The notes beneath the pieces are model-generated. The model had not been told where the DNA came from, ran no database searches, and saw only the letters and a program-made list of their open reading frames with translations. From Mobula hypostoma (lineage: Eukaryota), in the NCBI RefSeq assembly GCF_963921235.1, contig NC_086097.1, positions 36,582,001 to 36,646,000 on the forward strand: a stretch of 64,000 nucleotides of DNA, read 5' to 3'. The translations under genes and the position numbers were made by a program. The stretch's first letter is position 1, and the number at the start of each line of letters is the position of its first letter. Shown one piece after another: positions 50,865-63,371 of the stretch.

Positions 50865-51355
50865 TTTTAGACTGGAGTGCTTTCAGGAATAAAAAGGTTA
50901 ACATATGAGAAGCGTTTGATGGCCTCGGGCTTGTACTTGCTGGAGTTTAAAAGAATGAGCAGGTATTTCCTTGAAGCCAATAGAATATTAAAATGCCTAT
51001 ATATAGAGTGGATGTGGATAGGATGTTTCCAGTAATGGGTGAGTTTAAGACTAGAGGGTGCAGCTGCAGAATAGAGGGACGTCCATTTAGAACTGAGATG
51101 AGGAGGAATTTCTTTAGCTAGAGCATGATGAATCTGTGGAATTCTTTGCCATGGACGGCCGTGGAGTCCAAGCCATTGAGTATATTGAAAGCAGAGGTTG
51201 ATAGGTTATTGGTTTGTCAGGGCATCAAAGGTTACAGGGAAAAGGCAGGAGAATGGGATTGAGAGGAAAAAATAAATCAGCCATGATGGAATGATGGAGT
51301 AGATTCAATGGGATGAGTGGCCTAGTTCTGCTCCTATTTCCGATGGTCTTATGGT
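50865..51355 (+). mobile_element. CR1 3' end
   Basis: Similar to 4070-4300 and 61740-62200. Confidence 0.82.
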
Positions 51356-51599
51356 GGACATAACTTCCTCATCTCTCTTCAAAACATTGCAAAGGGATCC
51401 ATTGTCCTAAAGATGGCATCGCCAATTATACCACTGAGCTTTTCAATCTTTAACCTCTAGAGTCTGACTGGACCTCCAAGTACAACAGGCAAGGGTACAA
51501 ACAACTGAGCCACAGTTGTAATTAATGAAGACCCTTGAGATTACACAGTAATATGTTAGCAATTGTGACAGCTTAGTAAAGTTAGGATGGCATATCAAC

Positions 51600-52893
51600 T
51601 CCTGCCTGAGGAGTGACCTGGGTCTGCTCCAATTTGTCTACCATCACAACAAGTCAACAGCAGATGCCCTTTCATTTTCCATCACTCAGCTTTGAACATT
51701 TGGACAATGAAGAAGCATTCACCAGGAAGTTCTTCATAGTCTATAGCTCAGCATTCAACACTATCATCCCTTAGAAACTCATCACCAAGCTCCAAGACCC
51801 AGAACTCAATAATTCCCTGTGCAAACTGATCTTCTCTTTCATCACTTGCAGACCCCAGGCGGTTTTGGATTGGCAACGACATCTCCATAATCGCCATCAG
51901 TTCAGGTCCACCACAAGGCTGTACCCTTAGCACCTGCTCAACTCACTTCAAATCTATGAATGTCGAGCTAAATACAGTATATAAGTTTGCTGACGACACC
52001 GCTGTGGTTGGCTGAATCAAAGGTGGTGACAAATTGACACATATAGGAAGGAGACTGAAAATCTGGCAGAATGGTGTCACAACAACAACCTCCCACTCAA
52101 TATCAGTAAAAGCAAAGAGCTGCTTATCGACTACAGGAGGCAGAAGTCGGAAGTCCACGAGCCAGTCTTCATTAGGCGATTAAAGGTTGAGAAGGTCAGT
52201 TACTTTAAATTCTTTGGTGTTATCACAATCAGAGGATTTCTCCTGGGACCATCACAAAGAAGGCACGACAGCACCTCTACTTTCTAGAAGTTTATATAGA
52301 TTCCGCATGTCACTAAATAATTTTGATAAGCTTCATCCTAACTGCATCACATTGTCAGGGCATCAATGTCCAGGAATGGAAACATCAATGTCCAGGAATG
52401 GAAATGTCCACAGAAAATGACAGATATAGCCCAGTCTATCATAAGCAAAGCCATCCCCACCATTGGACACATTTCCAAGAAAGCAGCATCAAGGATGCCA
52501 ATCATCTAGGCCATGCTCTCTTGTCACTACTACCGTCATCAGAATGTGCAGGAGTCTTAGGTTCCACACCACCAGATTCCGGAACAGTTACCAGCCTACA
52601 ACCATCAGGCTCCTGAATCAGTGTGGATAACTTCACTCTCCTCAACTCTGACTGATTCCACAACCTACTCACTCTCTTTCAAGGACTCTACAACTCCTGT
52701 ACCCAGTATTTTTTTTGCTCTATTTGTCTTCTTTTTCACGTTGGTTTATCTGTCTTTGTTTATGTATAGTTTTTGACAAATTCTATTGTATTTCTTTATT
52801 TTTCAGAAAATGGCTGCAAGAAACTGGAACTCAAGGTCGTATATGGTGACATATACATACTTCGACAATAAATTTACTTTGACTTTGACCTTG
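51600..52893 (+). mobile_element. Rex1-like LINE (decayed RT and 3' end)
   Basis: AAGTTTGCTGACGACACC (KFADDT), CCACCACAAGGCTGT (PPQGC); tail AATAAATTTACTTTGACTTTGACC; 22-bp tandem duplication at 52361-52404. Confidence 0.82.
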
Positions 52894-53991
52894 AGCTAAT
52901 TATTCTTATTTCCCACAATGCAGAAGTAATTGCCCACTGGAGGCAAAGTTCTATCATTTTCGGCAGGAATTAATTTAGATTCAAATAGAGCAATGTTTCC
53001 ATTGTATTACAGGGAAATGATCTTCAGTAAAAGGATTAGGCACACTTATTTGGAATGGCACAGCAAATCCTTGGCTTATTGGCCTTCTGTATCCATGAGC
53101 AGAGAATTCCACAGATCCACTTCCCTCTGGGTGAAGAAACTTCTCATTATCTCTTTTCCGAATGTCCTTGTTTTTAAGATGATCACCCTGATTCTAGATA
53201 GTCGAACATCTATCCTATCAAACCCCCTCAGAAACGTGCACATTTGAATGAAGAAATGGACGTTGCTGGCAAGGCCAGTATGAATTGCCCACCTTTTGAA
53301 GTGAGCAATAGTTAAGGTTCAATATATTTCTGGGCTGGTGTCGTACGTAGACAACAGATTTCTTCCCCACAGAAGAATCAGCAGGTTGAACAGCATCTGT
53401 GGAGGCAAAGAGATAGTTGCCAATCTAGGTTGATACCTCACATCAGGAGAGATGCTCTCAGTCCTAATGCAGGGTCTCAACCCAAAACTCAATCATCTCT
53501 TTGCCTCCACAGATGCTGTTCCTCCATGTTCCTCCAGCACTTCATTTTTTGCTTCAATTTCCATCATCTGCTGTCTTTTATGTCTCCTGTAGGATACTTT
53601 AGACCACTTTTCTTTATTTCCCTTTACTTACTTTGTGTTCTAAATTTATTTACACACATGAATTTAACTTTTCCATTGGTGTGGAAGGGTTCAATGTCTC
53701 AGTATCAATACCAATGGCCTTTGTACATTGCACCACTACATTTAACACTGCCAATGAGATCATTACATTGGGGGCATGCCACGTTGGCACCAATATATGT
53801 GGTGACACTTGCGGGCTGGCCTCAGCTCATTCATAGGTTGCTGATGCAAATGACATATTTCACTGTATGTTCTGATGTACATGTGATAAGTCAACAAATC
53901 TGAAAATGAGTGAATCTACAAATATAGATACAGACTTTCACCCACACCTCACCAAGCTTCACCAAAAACCGAGACTGAGTTCTGCTCATAC

Positions 53992-54074
53992 CTCTCCTTT
54001 CTTGTCTTTCTTTATTCTGGGGCATGCTGTGACAATTAGCTGGTGGCAGCGTTTGTGAACCACACATGTGCACA
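53992..54074 (-). CDS. PRKCH: PKC exon: end of C1A and linker
   Basis: (V)CTCVVHKRCHQLIVTACPRIKKDKKGE. Acceptor TTTCACAG, donor GAG|GTATGA; 83 bp. Confidence 0.93.
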
Positions 54075-54128
54075 CTGTGAAACAAACAGGAACCAGGGTT
54101 AGCAAAGCAAACTGTTCACTCGAAGTGC

Positions 54129-54304
54129 AAACAAGAGAAAATCTGCAGATACTGGAAATCCGAGCAGCACACACAAAACGCTGGAGGAACTCAGCAGGCC
54201 AAGCAGCATCGATGGAAAAAAGTACCGTCGCCGTAAACGTCAACTGTACTTTTTTCTATAGATGCTGCCAGGCCTGCTGAGCTCCTCCAGCGTTTTGTGT
54301 GTGC
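54129..54304. mobile_element. Short fold-back Penelope-derived insertion
   Basis: Arms GCACACACAAAACGCTGGAGGAACTCAGCAGGCC...AAAAAAGTAC and GTACTTTTTT...GGCCTGCTGAGCTCCTCCAGCGTTTTGTGTGTGC. Confidence 0.8.
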
Positions 54305-54309
54305 CACTC

Positions 54310-54848
54310 AAAAAGTAGTCTTCTTTGCAGCTTTATGTTGGGGGAGCATCGGTGCTGGTGATGCAAAAAGACTAAATAAGCTCATCAAAAAGGCTGAATC
54401 CATCCTTAGCTACAACCCGGACTCTTCTGAGTTAGTGGTGGAGAGGAGGTCACTAAACAAACTATTATCCATTATGGACAATCAGGCACATCCTCTCCAT
54501 GATCTCCTGAATAAGTAGCAGAGCACCCTTTCAAACTGACTCATTCAGCTCCATGGTCACAAAGATCATTACAGAAAATTTTGCCTACCAAATGCAATAA
54601 GCATATACAACAGTTCATCTCTGTGCGACAAGAGAACATATATCATAGTACAGTAGTCTGTTTTATTATTTTGTACATTATTATTGCAAATTACTGCACA
54701 TTAGTAAATTATTATTGTGTTTATTATTATTAGTTCAGTCTGCACATTGCTAAGTGTGTTTTTAAATTTTTAAATGTTGTTGCTGTAACAAAAGAATTTC
54801 CCACTCGGGATCACTAAAATATTTATTATTATTATTATTATTATTATA
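54310..54848 (+). mobile_element. Rex1/Babar-like LINE 3' fragment of a second family, with an (ATT)n tail
   Basis: VFFAALCWGSI...KRLNKLIKKA...LNKLLSIMDN.AHPLH. Confidence 0.75.
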
Positions 54849-54855
54849 TACCAAG

Positions 54856-55221
54856 TGTCCTGTGGGGGCGTGCCTTATTCTGATTGTCGAAAGTTGTTTC
54901 TGTTGTGATTGGCTTGTTTAGAAGCTGCAGTGCTTTTCCCATTGGATAGATACCTGATGTCCAGTTTCAAATATCCTGGGTATATAAAATAGTACATGGA
55001 AAGGGCCTGCTCTCTTCTTCCTTTGTATAAGGCAAGACCATTGGGAAGGTATGCTCTGTGTGCACTTTTAACTATGTATGTTTGTTGAGTACTCAGCTTT
55101 GGAGTGTCTTTAACTTGGGGAACCCTGAATGTTTGGTTGAATTTTTATTGCTTGTAACTAAATAATTAATATACCTATTCGCAGAAAGTGATTTCTGTAT
55201 CACTTGCCAGAGCCACGAACA
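54856..55221 (+). mobile_element. Possible solo LTR
   Basis: Begins TGTCCTGTGG and ends CCACGAACA (imperfect inverted ends); two ATTGG boxes; TATATAAAA at 54981. No TSD seen. Confidence 0.4.
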
Positions 55222-55246
55222 TGATTGAACAATACACCTTGGAAAA

Positions 55247-55458
55247 ACATTCCCTCCAGTGCATTTTTTTTTTACAGCTGTTTGGACCAACCATTGCTTT
55301 GACTAGAATTTTTTTTGCAAGCCCTGAAAACTGTGCAGTGTTTTAAATTAACATTATAATTAAAGAAAATTCCAGCTGTGCGGCAACAAAGGCTATGTGC
55401 ATGGGGACATTTTAGTTACTGCGCGGCCACACACCCGCACAGCTTAACGGGAACAGTA
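55247..55458. mobile_element. Possible short non-autonomous DNA transposon
   Basis: Right end GCACAGCTTAACGGGAACAGT and decayed left end CATTCCCTCC...TACAGCTG resemble TGTTCCCTCTAA-type inverted termini. Confidence 0.35.
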
Positions 55459-55785
55459 CCAGGGAGTAAAATTCACATATTTTAACAAACTACATCAGTG
55501 CCATATATTTTTATATTTTTTATAGTCTTTATTAAACGAAACAATGAAATAGTTGATCTCACTAAATACTCTGTGAAGGTGTGATGTTTTTAAAGAATCA
55601 TCTCTCAGCTGAGCAATGCAGAATGAGCATGACATGAGTTTATTTGATCCTATCGATATGGCCTTTATGATCACATACAAGTCTACCCTTAAACACCTGA
55701 GGAAATACCGTTGGCATTTAGGAATGCAGTTTAGGAATTTAACACGTAAGCAGTTTTAGATGAAAAGAGGAATTAATTTAATTAA

Positions 55786-55876
55786 CACACACAAATGGCT
55801 GGTGGAACGCAGCAGGCCAGACAGCATCCATAGGAAGAAGCACGGTCGACGTTTCGGGCCGAGACCCTTCGTCAGG
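55786..55876 (-). mobile_element. 91-bp Penelope terminal fragment with a hammerhead core and an 8-bp TSD
   Basis: CTGACGA-AGGGTCTCGGCCC-GAAAC-GTC-GACCG; TTAATTAA at 55778-55785 and 55877-55884. Confidence 0.8.
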
Positions 55877-56324
55877 TTAATTAATTGCCTTTTGGTCCAA
55901 ATGCAATGCAGATGTTTCTTAACTCTTGAGAGATTCTTCACAAGAATTTGTCCCACTCAGCGGGGTTCATTAAGTGGCAGATCCATTTAAAGAATGTTCT
56001 TTAGACCGGCTGCTGGAGTGCAGGAATTAGGGAAGCAGCTGGTAAAAATAGACATGAATCCAGATTCCAAATCCACACTAATCTGGCATGGTTCAATTGG
56101 GATTAAAACAGGATTAACAGGTTCTCAGATTTTGCAATAAAGCTGAATGGAAGATCTACAGTGATGTAAGATTACACCCGTGTTTTTCCCACTGCATGGC
56201 CATGTGTTCCCGGCTGTGCCTGTACACAGTAAGGTGAGATTTAATTCTATCCCATTAACTGTAAATCTTGTCAGTCTCCTGCATCAGGCACATCTGTCCT
56301 GACCAGAGAATTCTCCAAGACAAT

Positions 56325-57042
56325 TTTGTGGAATTGCACTTTGGGAGGTCAAATGTAGGAGGAATGTATACAGCACATGGCAGGCCTGTTAAGAGCATTG
56401 AGTTTAGGTTGCAAGTCCATAGCGCCCTGAAAGTGACAACATAAGTAGACAGGGTGGTAAGAAGACACATGGCATGTTTGCATTCATTGGTCAGAATGTG
56501 GTGTAAAAAAATCAGGAGTCATGTTACAGCTATAAGATTTCAATTACGACACATTTGGAGCATTGTGTGCAATCCTGGTGACCACATTCAAGGAAGGATG
56601 AGGAGGCTTTGGAGAGGGTGCAGAAGAGGTTCACCAAAATATTGCCTGAATTAGATTTAAAGATAGTGGGCAAACCTGGACTGTTTTCTCTCATGTGTTG
56701 GAGGCTGACAGGGCAACCTCGTAGGTGTACGTAAACGATGAGCACCATGGTAGTCAGAAACTTTTTATAATATAAAATGCTAGAGGTGAGAGGTGGGAAG
56801 CTTAAGGAAGATCTATGAAGTTATGCTTTATTTCCACAATGAGTGGTAGGTGCCCGGAACACACTCCCAGGGGACGTGACGGAAATAGATACAACTGCAA
56901 CGTTTAGTGCGATTTAGACAGGCTGGGCATTGGGCAATTCAGACTGTGTGCAGAGAGATACCCAGTTTAAATAAACATTATAGTCGGCACTGATGTGGTG
57001 GACTAGAAAGTCTGTTCCCGTGCTGTACACCTCTGTGTTCTA
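56325..57042 (+). mobile_element. Old CR1 3' fragment
   Basis: TTGCACTTTGGGAGGTCAAATG, TTGGAGAGGGTGCAGAAGAGGTTCACC, and a CTGTTCCCGTGCTGTAC tail. Confidence 0.8.
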
Positions 57043-57287
57043 CCTGACTTCTTCCATTTAGGGTCTAAGGTAGCTGAGGCCAATGTGGGGTTTGCAAACT
57101 CCACCACAGTTCAGACAAGTAATGCTCTTTCTACGATTTATGTTGGACCTCTCAGTGCCACCCTCTCCGTTCTGAGTGGTCATAGGCCAAGGATTCTCAG
57201 TTAGTGGGAATGTTTCAATTTCTCAAGGAAGTGTCAAGGACATCCTTGTGTTATTTCTTCTGTCTACCTACTATGTCCTGAAAAAGG

Positions 57288-57423
57288 GAGTCCTGATGAA
57301 GGGTCCTGGCCCAAAATGTCGGTGTCTTATTCTTCTGCATAAATGGTGCCTGACTGCTGAGTTCCTCCAGTATTTTGCGGTGTTACATTGGATTTCCAGC
57401 ATCTGCAGAATCTCTTGTGTTTA
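57288..57423 (+). mobile_element. Penelope terminal-repeat remnant
   Basis: AGTCCTGATGAAGGGTCCTGGCCCAAAATGTC...GATTTCCAGCATCTGCAGAATCTCTTGTGTTT. Confidence 0.7.
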
Positions 57424-57566
57424 TCATTCACTGTGGTTGTAGCACTGTGTACTGGGGTTGTGGGGCTATGTTTTGAGGTGAGTAGGCTGCATTTCTGAGA
57501 ACTTCTGTTGCCTGACCAGTGGCAGTTTAGCACGGCTGGCTCATTAGATTAAAAATGATTGATTAC

Positions 57567-57601
57567 CTTGACACTGGTATCCTTGCTTGCCAAAGATTCC
57601 C
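57567..57601 (-). CDS. PRKCH: PKC 35-bp exon within C1A
   Basis: G GGA ATC TTT GGC AAG CAA GGA TAC CAG TGT CAA G = (W)GIFGKQGYQCQ(V). Acceptor CCACAG, donor G|GTAATC; phases fit both neighbouring exons. Confidence 0.93.
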
Positions 57602-58029
57602 CTGTGGATTAAACAGAAATAGAAATCACTAGCTAGGTTAGGATGACGACCATTTGTCAGCCGATTTCCCCTCAATCCTCCGCTACATGCACACAGCCAG
57701 AGTTTTATCGGCATCCAGCTACCTCCTGCCAATCCCCCTGTCAGTCTGTCTGTTCACACATCAATCGTTCTGTATATAAAGAAATAACTCCTGAAGTCTG
57801 CTGTCTCTTGCCTGCCACATTGCCTTCACAATATGGAAATTTGGTGATCAGTGGGCAAGGCACCCCACCCCAAACTAAAGTTGCCATTTATAGCTGTCAG
57901 AATGCGAAGGAGATCCATTTTATTAAATGAGCTTAATTTTGAAGCGCTCCTTTGTTTAAAGCATTTGCACAGAACTGACTTCTTTTATTATTCAAAGCAA
58001 ATCAGCAACAAAAAGGGTAGCTTCGGGGG

Positions 58030-61000
58030 CATTTGATGTCACTCTGGTGGCCCAATCAGCAGAGGGAACAACGCACAGCAAGGAGGTTTCTCGCAGACTG
58101 GACGCACTCGTTTAAAAGGAGAGCTTCGCGGGCGTTCGGCGTCATTCCAGTGGTCCAATCAGCAGCGGGAGCAGCATAGAGAGGAGTAAATAAAAGTACA
58201 AAGGGACAAGTGGAGTGGAAATTGTTGGGAGTGAGCCAGTGGTGAGAGTGGGAGTATCAGGCTTTGGCTCGGAAAGTCGTTGGCTCTGGGTAAGTTGTTT
58301 GGGTAAGTTTCTTTTAAGTTTCCCTTTTACCTTACTGTGTCAAGGGGAAATGGGCATTGTGTGTTCTTCATGCCAGATGTTGTGGAGTCCTGGGAGATCC
58401 AGAGTCTCCCAGGGAACTACATCTGCGTGAAGCGCATCCAGCTGCAGCTCCTTGAAGACCGTGTTAGGGATCTGGAGCAGCAGCTGGATGACCTCTGGCT
58501 TGTATTGGAGAATGAGGAGATTATCGATCAGAGCTACAGGGAAGTAGTCACCCCTAAATTGCAAGAGGCAGGTAGCTGGGTGACTGACAGGAGAAGGAAT
58601 GGAATGGTGAACAGACAGTTAGTGCAGAGCACCCCTGTAGCCATTCCCCTCAATAATAAGTACACATTTTGGATACTGTTATGGGGATGATCTCCCAGTG
58701 GAACGCCATGGAGACTAGGTTACTGGCACTGAGAATGGGCCCGCAGTGCAGAAGGGAAAGAAGGAGAAGAGATAAGTGGTAGCGATAGGGGACTCAATAG
58801 TCAGAGGAAGAGACAGGAGGTTATGTGGACGTGAATGGAACACCCGAAATGCATGTTGCCTCCCAGGTGCCAGGGTCAGGGACGTTTCAGATTACATCCA
58901 CAGTATTTTGGAGGGGCAGGGAGAGCAGCCAGATGTCTTGGTACATATTGGTACCAATAACATAGGAAAGAAAAGCAAAGAAATCCTGAGAGAGAATTTA
59001 GATTAGAGAGCTAGGTAGAAAGCTGAGAAACAGACCTCCAGAGTAGTGATTTCTGGATTGCTACCTGCGCCACCCACCAGTGAGGGTAGAAACAGGATTA
59101 TTTGGCAGATAAATGCGCGCTGAGAAGTTGGTGCGGGGGGCAGAGCTTCAGGTTCTTGGATCATTGGGATTTCCTCTGGGGGAGGTATGACCTGTACAAA
59201 AAGGATGGGTTGCACCTGAACCCAAGGGGGACCAATATTCTCGTGGGCAGGTTTGTTAGAGCTGTTGGGGGGGGGGGGGTTTAAATTAATTTGGCAGAGT
59301 GATGAGAACCAAAGTGAAGAGACTCAGGATAGCACAAATGTAAAAAAGCAAAGATAGTGTGCAGTCAGACTGTCAGGAAGGGCAGGCGGATGATAGGACA
59401 AAATTGTAGCCAGCAAGATCAGTATTGGGTGCATTAGGGATGCAGAACCAAAAAAGGGTAGCAAATACATTGCATAAAGTGTTATATCTCAATGCATGGA
59501 GTAATCTTGTTGCACTTGTACAGATTGTCGGGTATGATGTTGTGACCATCACTGAATCATGGCTGAAGGGTGGTTGTAGTTGGGAGCTTTATACCCAAGG
59601 TTACATATTATATTGGAGGGATAGGAAAGTAAGCAGAGGGGGAGGTGTGGCTCTACTGGTAAAGAATGGCATCAAATCATTAGAAAGATGTGACATAGGA
59701 TCAGAAGATGTTGAATCCTGTGGGTTGAGTTAAGAAACTGCAAGGGTAAAAGGACCCTGATGGCAGCTATATATAGGCCTCCAGACAATAGCTGGGATGT
59801 TGACTACAGATTACAACAGAAAATAGAAAAGGTGTGTCAAAAGGGCAATGTTATGATTGTCATGGGAGATTTTAACATGTAGGTAGATTGGGAAAATCAG
59901 GCTGGTAATGGATCTCAAGAAACTGAATTTGTTAAATGCCTATGGATGGCTTTTTAAGAGCAGCTTTTTGTTGACCCTAATAGGGGATCGCCTATACTGG
60001 ATTAGGTGTTGTATACTGAACCAGTGGAGATTAGGGAGCTTAAGGTACCCTTAGGAGGCAGTGATCACACTATGATTGAATTCAACTTGAGATTTGCTAG
60101 GGACGTAGTAGTATTTCAGTGGAGTAAAGGAAATTACAGTGGTATGAAGGAGGAGTTGGCCAAAGAAAATTGGAATGAGATGCTGGCAGGGATGACAGCA
60201 GAGCATCAATGGCTTGAGTTTCTGAGAAAAATCAGGAAAGTGCAGGATAGATATATTCCAATAACATAAAATAATCAAATGGCAAAATAGTACAACCGTG
60301 ACTAACAAGGGAAGTCAAAGCTAATGTAAAAGTAAAAGAGATGGCATACAACAAAGCAGAAATTAGCGGGAAGATAGAGTATTAGGAAGCTTTTAAAAAC
60401 CTACAGAGAGCAACCAAAAGAATCATCAGGAGGGAAAAGATGAAATATAAAAGCAAGCTAGCACACAAAGTGGATAGAAAAAGCTTTATCAAATATATAA
60501 AAAATACAAGAGAGATGAGAGTGAATATAGGATCGCTAGAAAATGAGTCCGGAGGAATGATAATGGGAGACAAAGAGATGGCAGATGAACTAAATGAGTA
60601 CTTTGCATCCGATTTCACTGCGGAAGATGCCAGCAATGTGCCAGATGTTGAAGGATCAGAGAGAAGAGAAGTGAGTGCAGTTGTTATTACAAGTGAGAAG
60701 GGGCTCAAGAAGCTTAAAGACCTAAAGGTGCACTATCACCCGGGCTACATAAACTGCACCCTAGGGTTCGGAAAGAGGTAGCGGTAGAGATTGTGGTGGC
60801 ATTAGTAATGATCTTTCAAAAATCATTGGACTCTGGTATAGTTCTGAAGGAATGGAAAATTGCAGATGTCACTCTTTAAGAAGGGAGGGAGGCAGCAGAA
60901 AGGAAATTATAGACCAGTTAGTCTGACCTCAGTGGTTGGAGTCAATTGTTAAGGATGAGGTGATAGAGTACTTGGGTGACACAGGACAAGGTAGGACAAA

Positions 61001-62200
61001 GTCAACGTGGTTTCCTTTAGGGAAAATCTTGTCTGACGAACCTGTTGGCATTTTTTGAGGAGATTACAAGTAAGATCGATAAAGGGTATGTAGTAGATGT
61101 TGTATATTTGTACTTTCAGAAGGCCTTTGACAAGGTGCCACACATGAGGCTGCTTACCAAGTTAAGAGCCTATGATATTACTGGAAAGTTATTAGCATGG
61201 TGAGAGAATTGGCTGATTGGTAGCGACAGCAAGTAGAAATAAAAAGATCCTTTTCTGGTTGGCTGCCGGTGAGTACTGGTGTTCAGCAGGGATTGGTGTT
61301 GGGACCACTTCTTTTTATGCTGTACGTAAATGATTTAGATGATGGAATAGATGGCTTTGTTGCCAAGTTTGCAGATGATACAAAGATTGGTGGGGGGGTG
61401 GGGCAGGTAGTGTTGAGGAAACAGGTAGCCTGTAGAAGGACAAGAGAGTGGCAAATGAAATACAATGTTGGAAAATGTATGATCATGTACATTAGTAGAA
61501 GAAGTAAATGTGCAGACTATTTTCTAAATGGGGAGAAAATCCAAAAATCTGAGATGCAAGAAGATTTGGGAGTCCTTTTGCAGAACACCAAAAGGAAGGC
61601 AAATGCAATGTCAGTTTTCATTTCAAGAGGTCCAGAACATAAGAGCAGGAATGTGATGATGAGGCTTTATAAGGCTCTGGTGAGGCCTCACCTTGGCATT
61701 AGAGAGGGTTCAAAGGAGGTTCACAAGAATGATTCTGCAATGAAAGGGTTATCACATGAGAAACGTTTGATGATTCTGGGTCTGTATTCACCAGAACTTT
61801 GAAGGATGAGGGAGGAATCTCATTGAAAGCTTTTGAATGTTGAAAAGCCTTGACAGAGTAGATATGGAAAGGATGTTTCCTATGATGGGAGAGTCTAGGA
61901 CACGAGGGCACAGCCTCAGGATAGAGGGGTGTCCATTTAAAACCGAGATGCAGAGAAATTTCTTCAGCTAGAGGGTGGTGAATTTGTGGAATTTGTTACC
62001 ATAGGCAGCTGTTGAGGCCAGGTCATTGGGTGTATTTAAGGTGGAGATTGATTGGTTCTTGCTTGGCCACGGCATCAAAGGTTACCAGAGAGGGACGGGG
62101 AGAGGGGATGAGGAGAGGAAAAACGGATCAGATGCGATTCAATGTCAGAGCAGACTCCTTCAGCCAAATGGCCTGATTCTTCTTCTATGTCTTATGGTCT
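58030..62200 (+). mobile_element. Near full-length but inactivated CR1 LINE (5' UTR, ORF1 Zn finger/zipper/esterase, ORF2 APE-RT, 3' tail)
   Basis: ORF1: IVCSSCQM, LQLLEDRVRDLEQQL, VAIGDSIVR, LVHIGTNN, DGLHLN. ORF2: LYLNA, ITESWL, SDH, GVQQGLVLGPLLF, FADDTK. Many stops and frameshifts. It fills most of the 5.2-kb intron 57602-62841. Confidence 0.93.
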
Positions 62201-62841
62201 AAATGTGCTTCAATGGCAGGACCCTCCTTGCAACTAAGAGCATATAGTTGTGTTCTGTAATAGAAGATTGATCATTATAGATCATTATAGCACAGTACAG
62301 GTCCAACAGCCCACAGTGTTGTACCAACCTTTTAACCAACTCCAATACCAATATATCCTTTCCCTAATGTAACTCTTAATGTTTAGTCAAGTATTTTACC
62401 ATATAAAACATTTTGTATTGTTCTTTTCTCCAGTTCTTCTTTAAGCAGACATGTTTCACTTGTGGAGTAGGCAGTTAATGCCACCCAGATGCTGAAAATG
62501 AATTAAAACAATCTTCTGCATATGCAATTTCTCTCTCTCCTACTTTTAGATATAGTACTCAGGTTGCTTTTTACTGAATTACTGTAGGAAATCTTTCAAA
62601 ATTTAAATTCACTCATTTTAGTTAATAAATGAGCCATGATTGAATGGCCTAATTCTGCTCCTATGTCTTATGAAAATATAAAAGCAGATTTCCTAAAAAA
62701 TTTGTTTCCTAAATATTCATTTTAATGTGAAAGAAGCTACCAGGAAAGGTCACAGTTCCTGGTTCCTGGTGCCATTCTTAACATCTAACCAAAAGACATG
62801 TGACATCTTCAACACAAGCAGCTTAAACAGGAACTTCCTAC

Positions 62842-63016
62842 CAGATAAATTCCCTGCAGTGAGAGCAGTACGTGGGCTGTCGCAGGTAAGTGGCCATGAA
62901 CTTATGGTTGTTGACCTGGTGAATCTTTCGCCGCATTGCACCTTGCCGTTTCCTGGAAACCATGCGTTCCTTGAATGCCCTTTCAGATGCATTGTTTTTC
63001 ACTTGTTCCTCAGGGT
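62842..63016 (-). CDS. PRKCH: Novel PKC (eta/epsilon subgroup) exon: pseudosubstrate and first half of C1A (probable equivalent of PRKCH exon 3)
   Basis: Missed by the ORF track. Manual translation gives [57 protein letters not shown](W). Acceptor TTTCTTAG, donor TG|GTAGGA; 175 bp, phase 1 in and phase 2 out. Confidence 0.93.
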
Positions 63017-63371
63017 CTAAGAAACAGACATTACAAAATAATGATCACTAAAGACCCCAAATCAAGAACAGCGTTTTGGTCAGCAGTGTCCCAATTGCTT
63101 GTGTCAAAGAAACAGCCTTTAATCAGATCTGCTGCATTCCCACTGCTGCTGAGTTCAAAGGTCATCCCGCACACCTTGGAAATATTTGCCTCAAAATTGC
63201 TCAAACCTGCTACCTCTTCCACCAAAAAGGACAGCTTTTCTTTTGAGTATCTCACCATGCTACCTTGGAATTTGATTGCACCTCCTTCATCTTTGTTGGA
63301 TCTAAATCCAGCAAACCGTTCACTAAAACACAGTGGGAGAAATTCTATCAAAGGTGAAGCAATTCAAGAAA

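Noticed and set aside
52361..52404. 22-bp tandem duplication
   Set aside because: Ordinary slippage inside a dead Rex1-like copy.
62881..62892. Perfect plus-strand donor CAGGTAAGT suggesting an antisense exon
   Set aside because: It is the reverse complement of the conserved TYLR codons; no supporting exon.
63031..63351. 106-aa minus-strand ORF preceded by an acceptor-like TTTTAG, considered as PKC exon 2 (C2 domain end)
   Set aside because: The readings I checked do not resemble the expected DLEPEGK motif, and no phase-compatible exon is evident. The upstream exons are probably outside the window.
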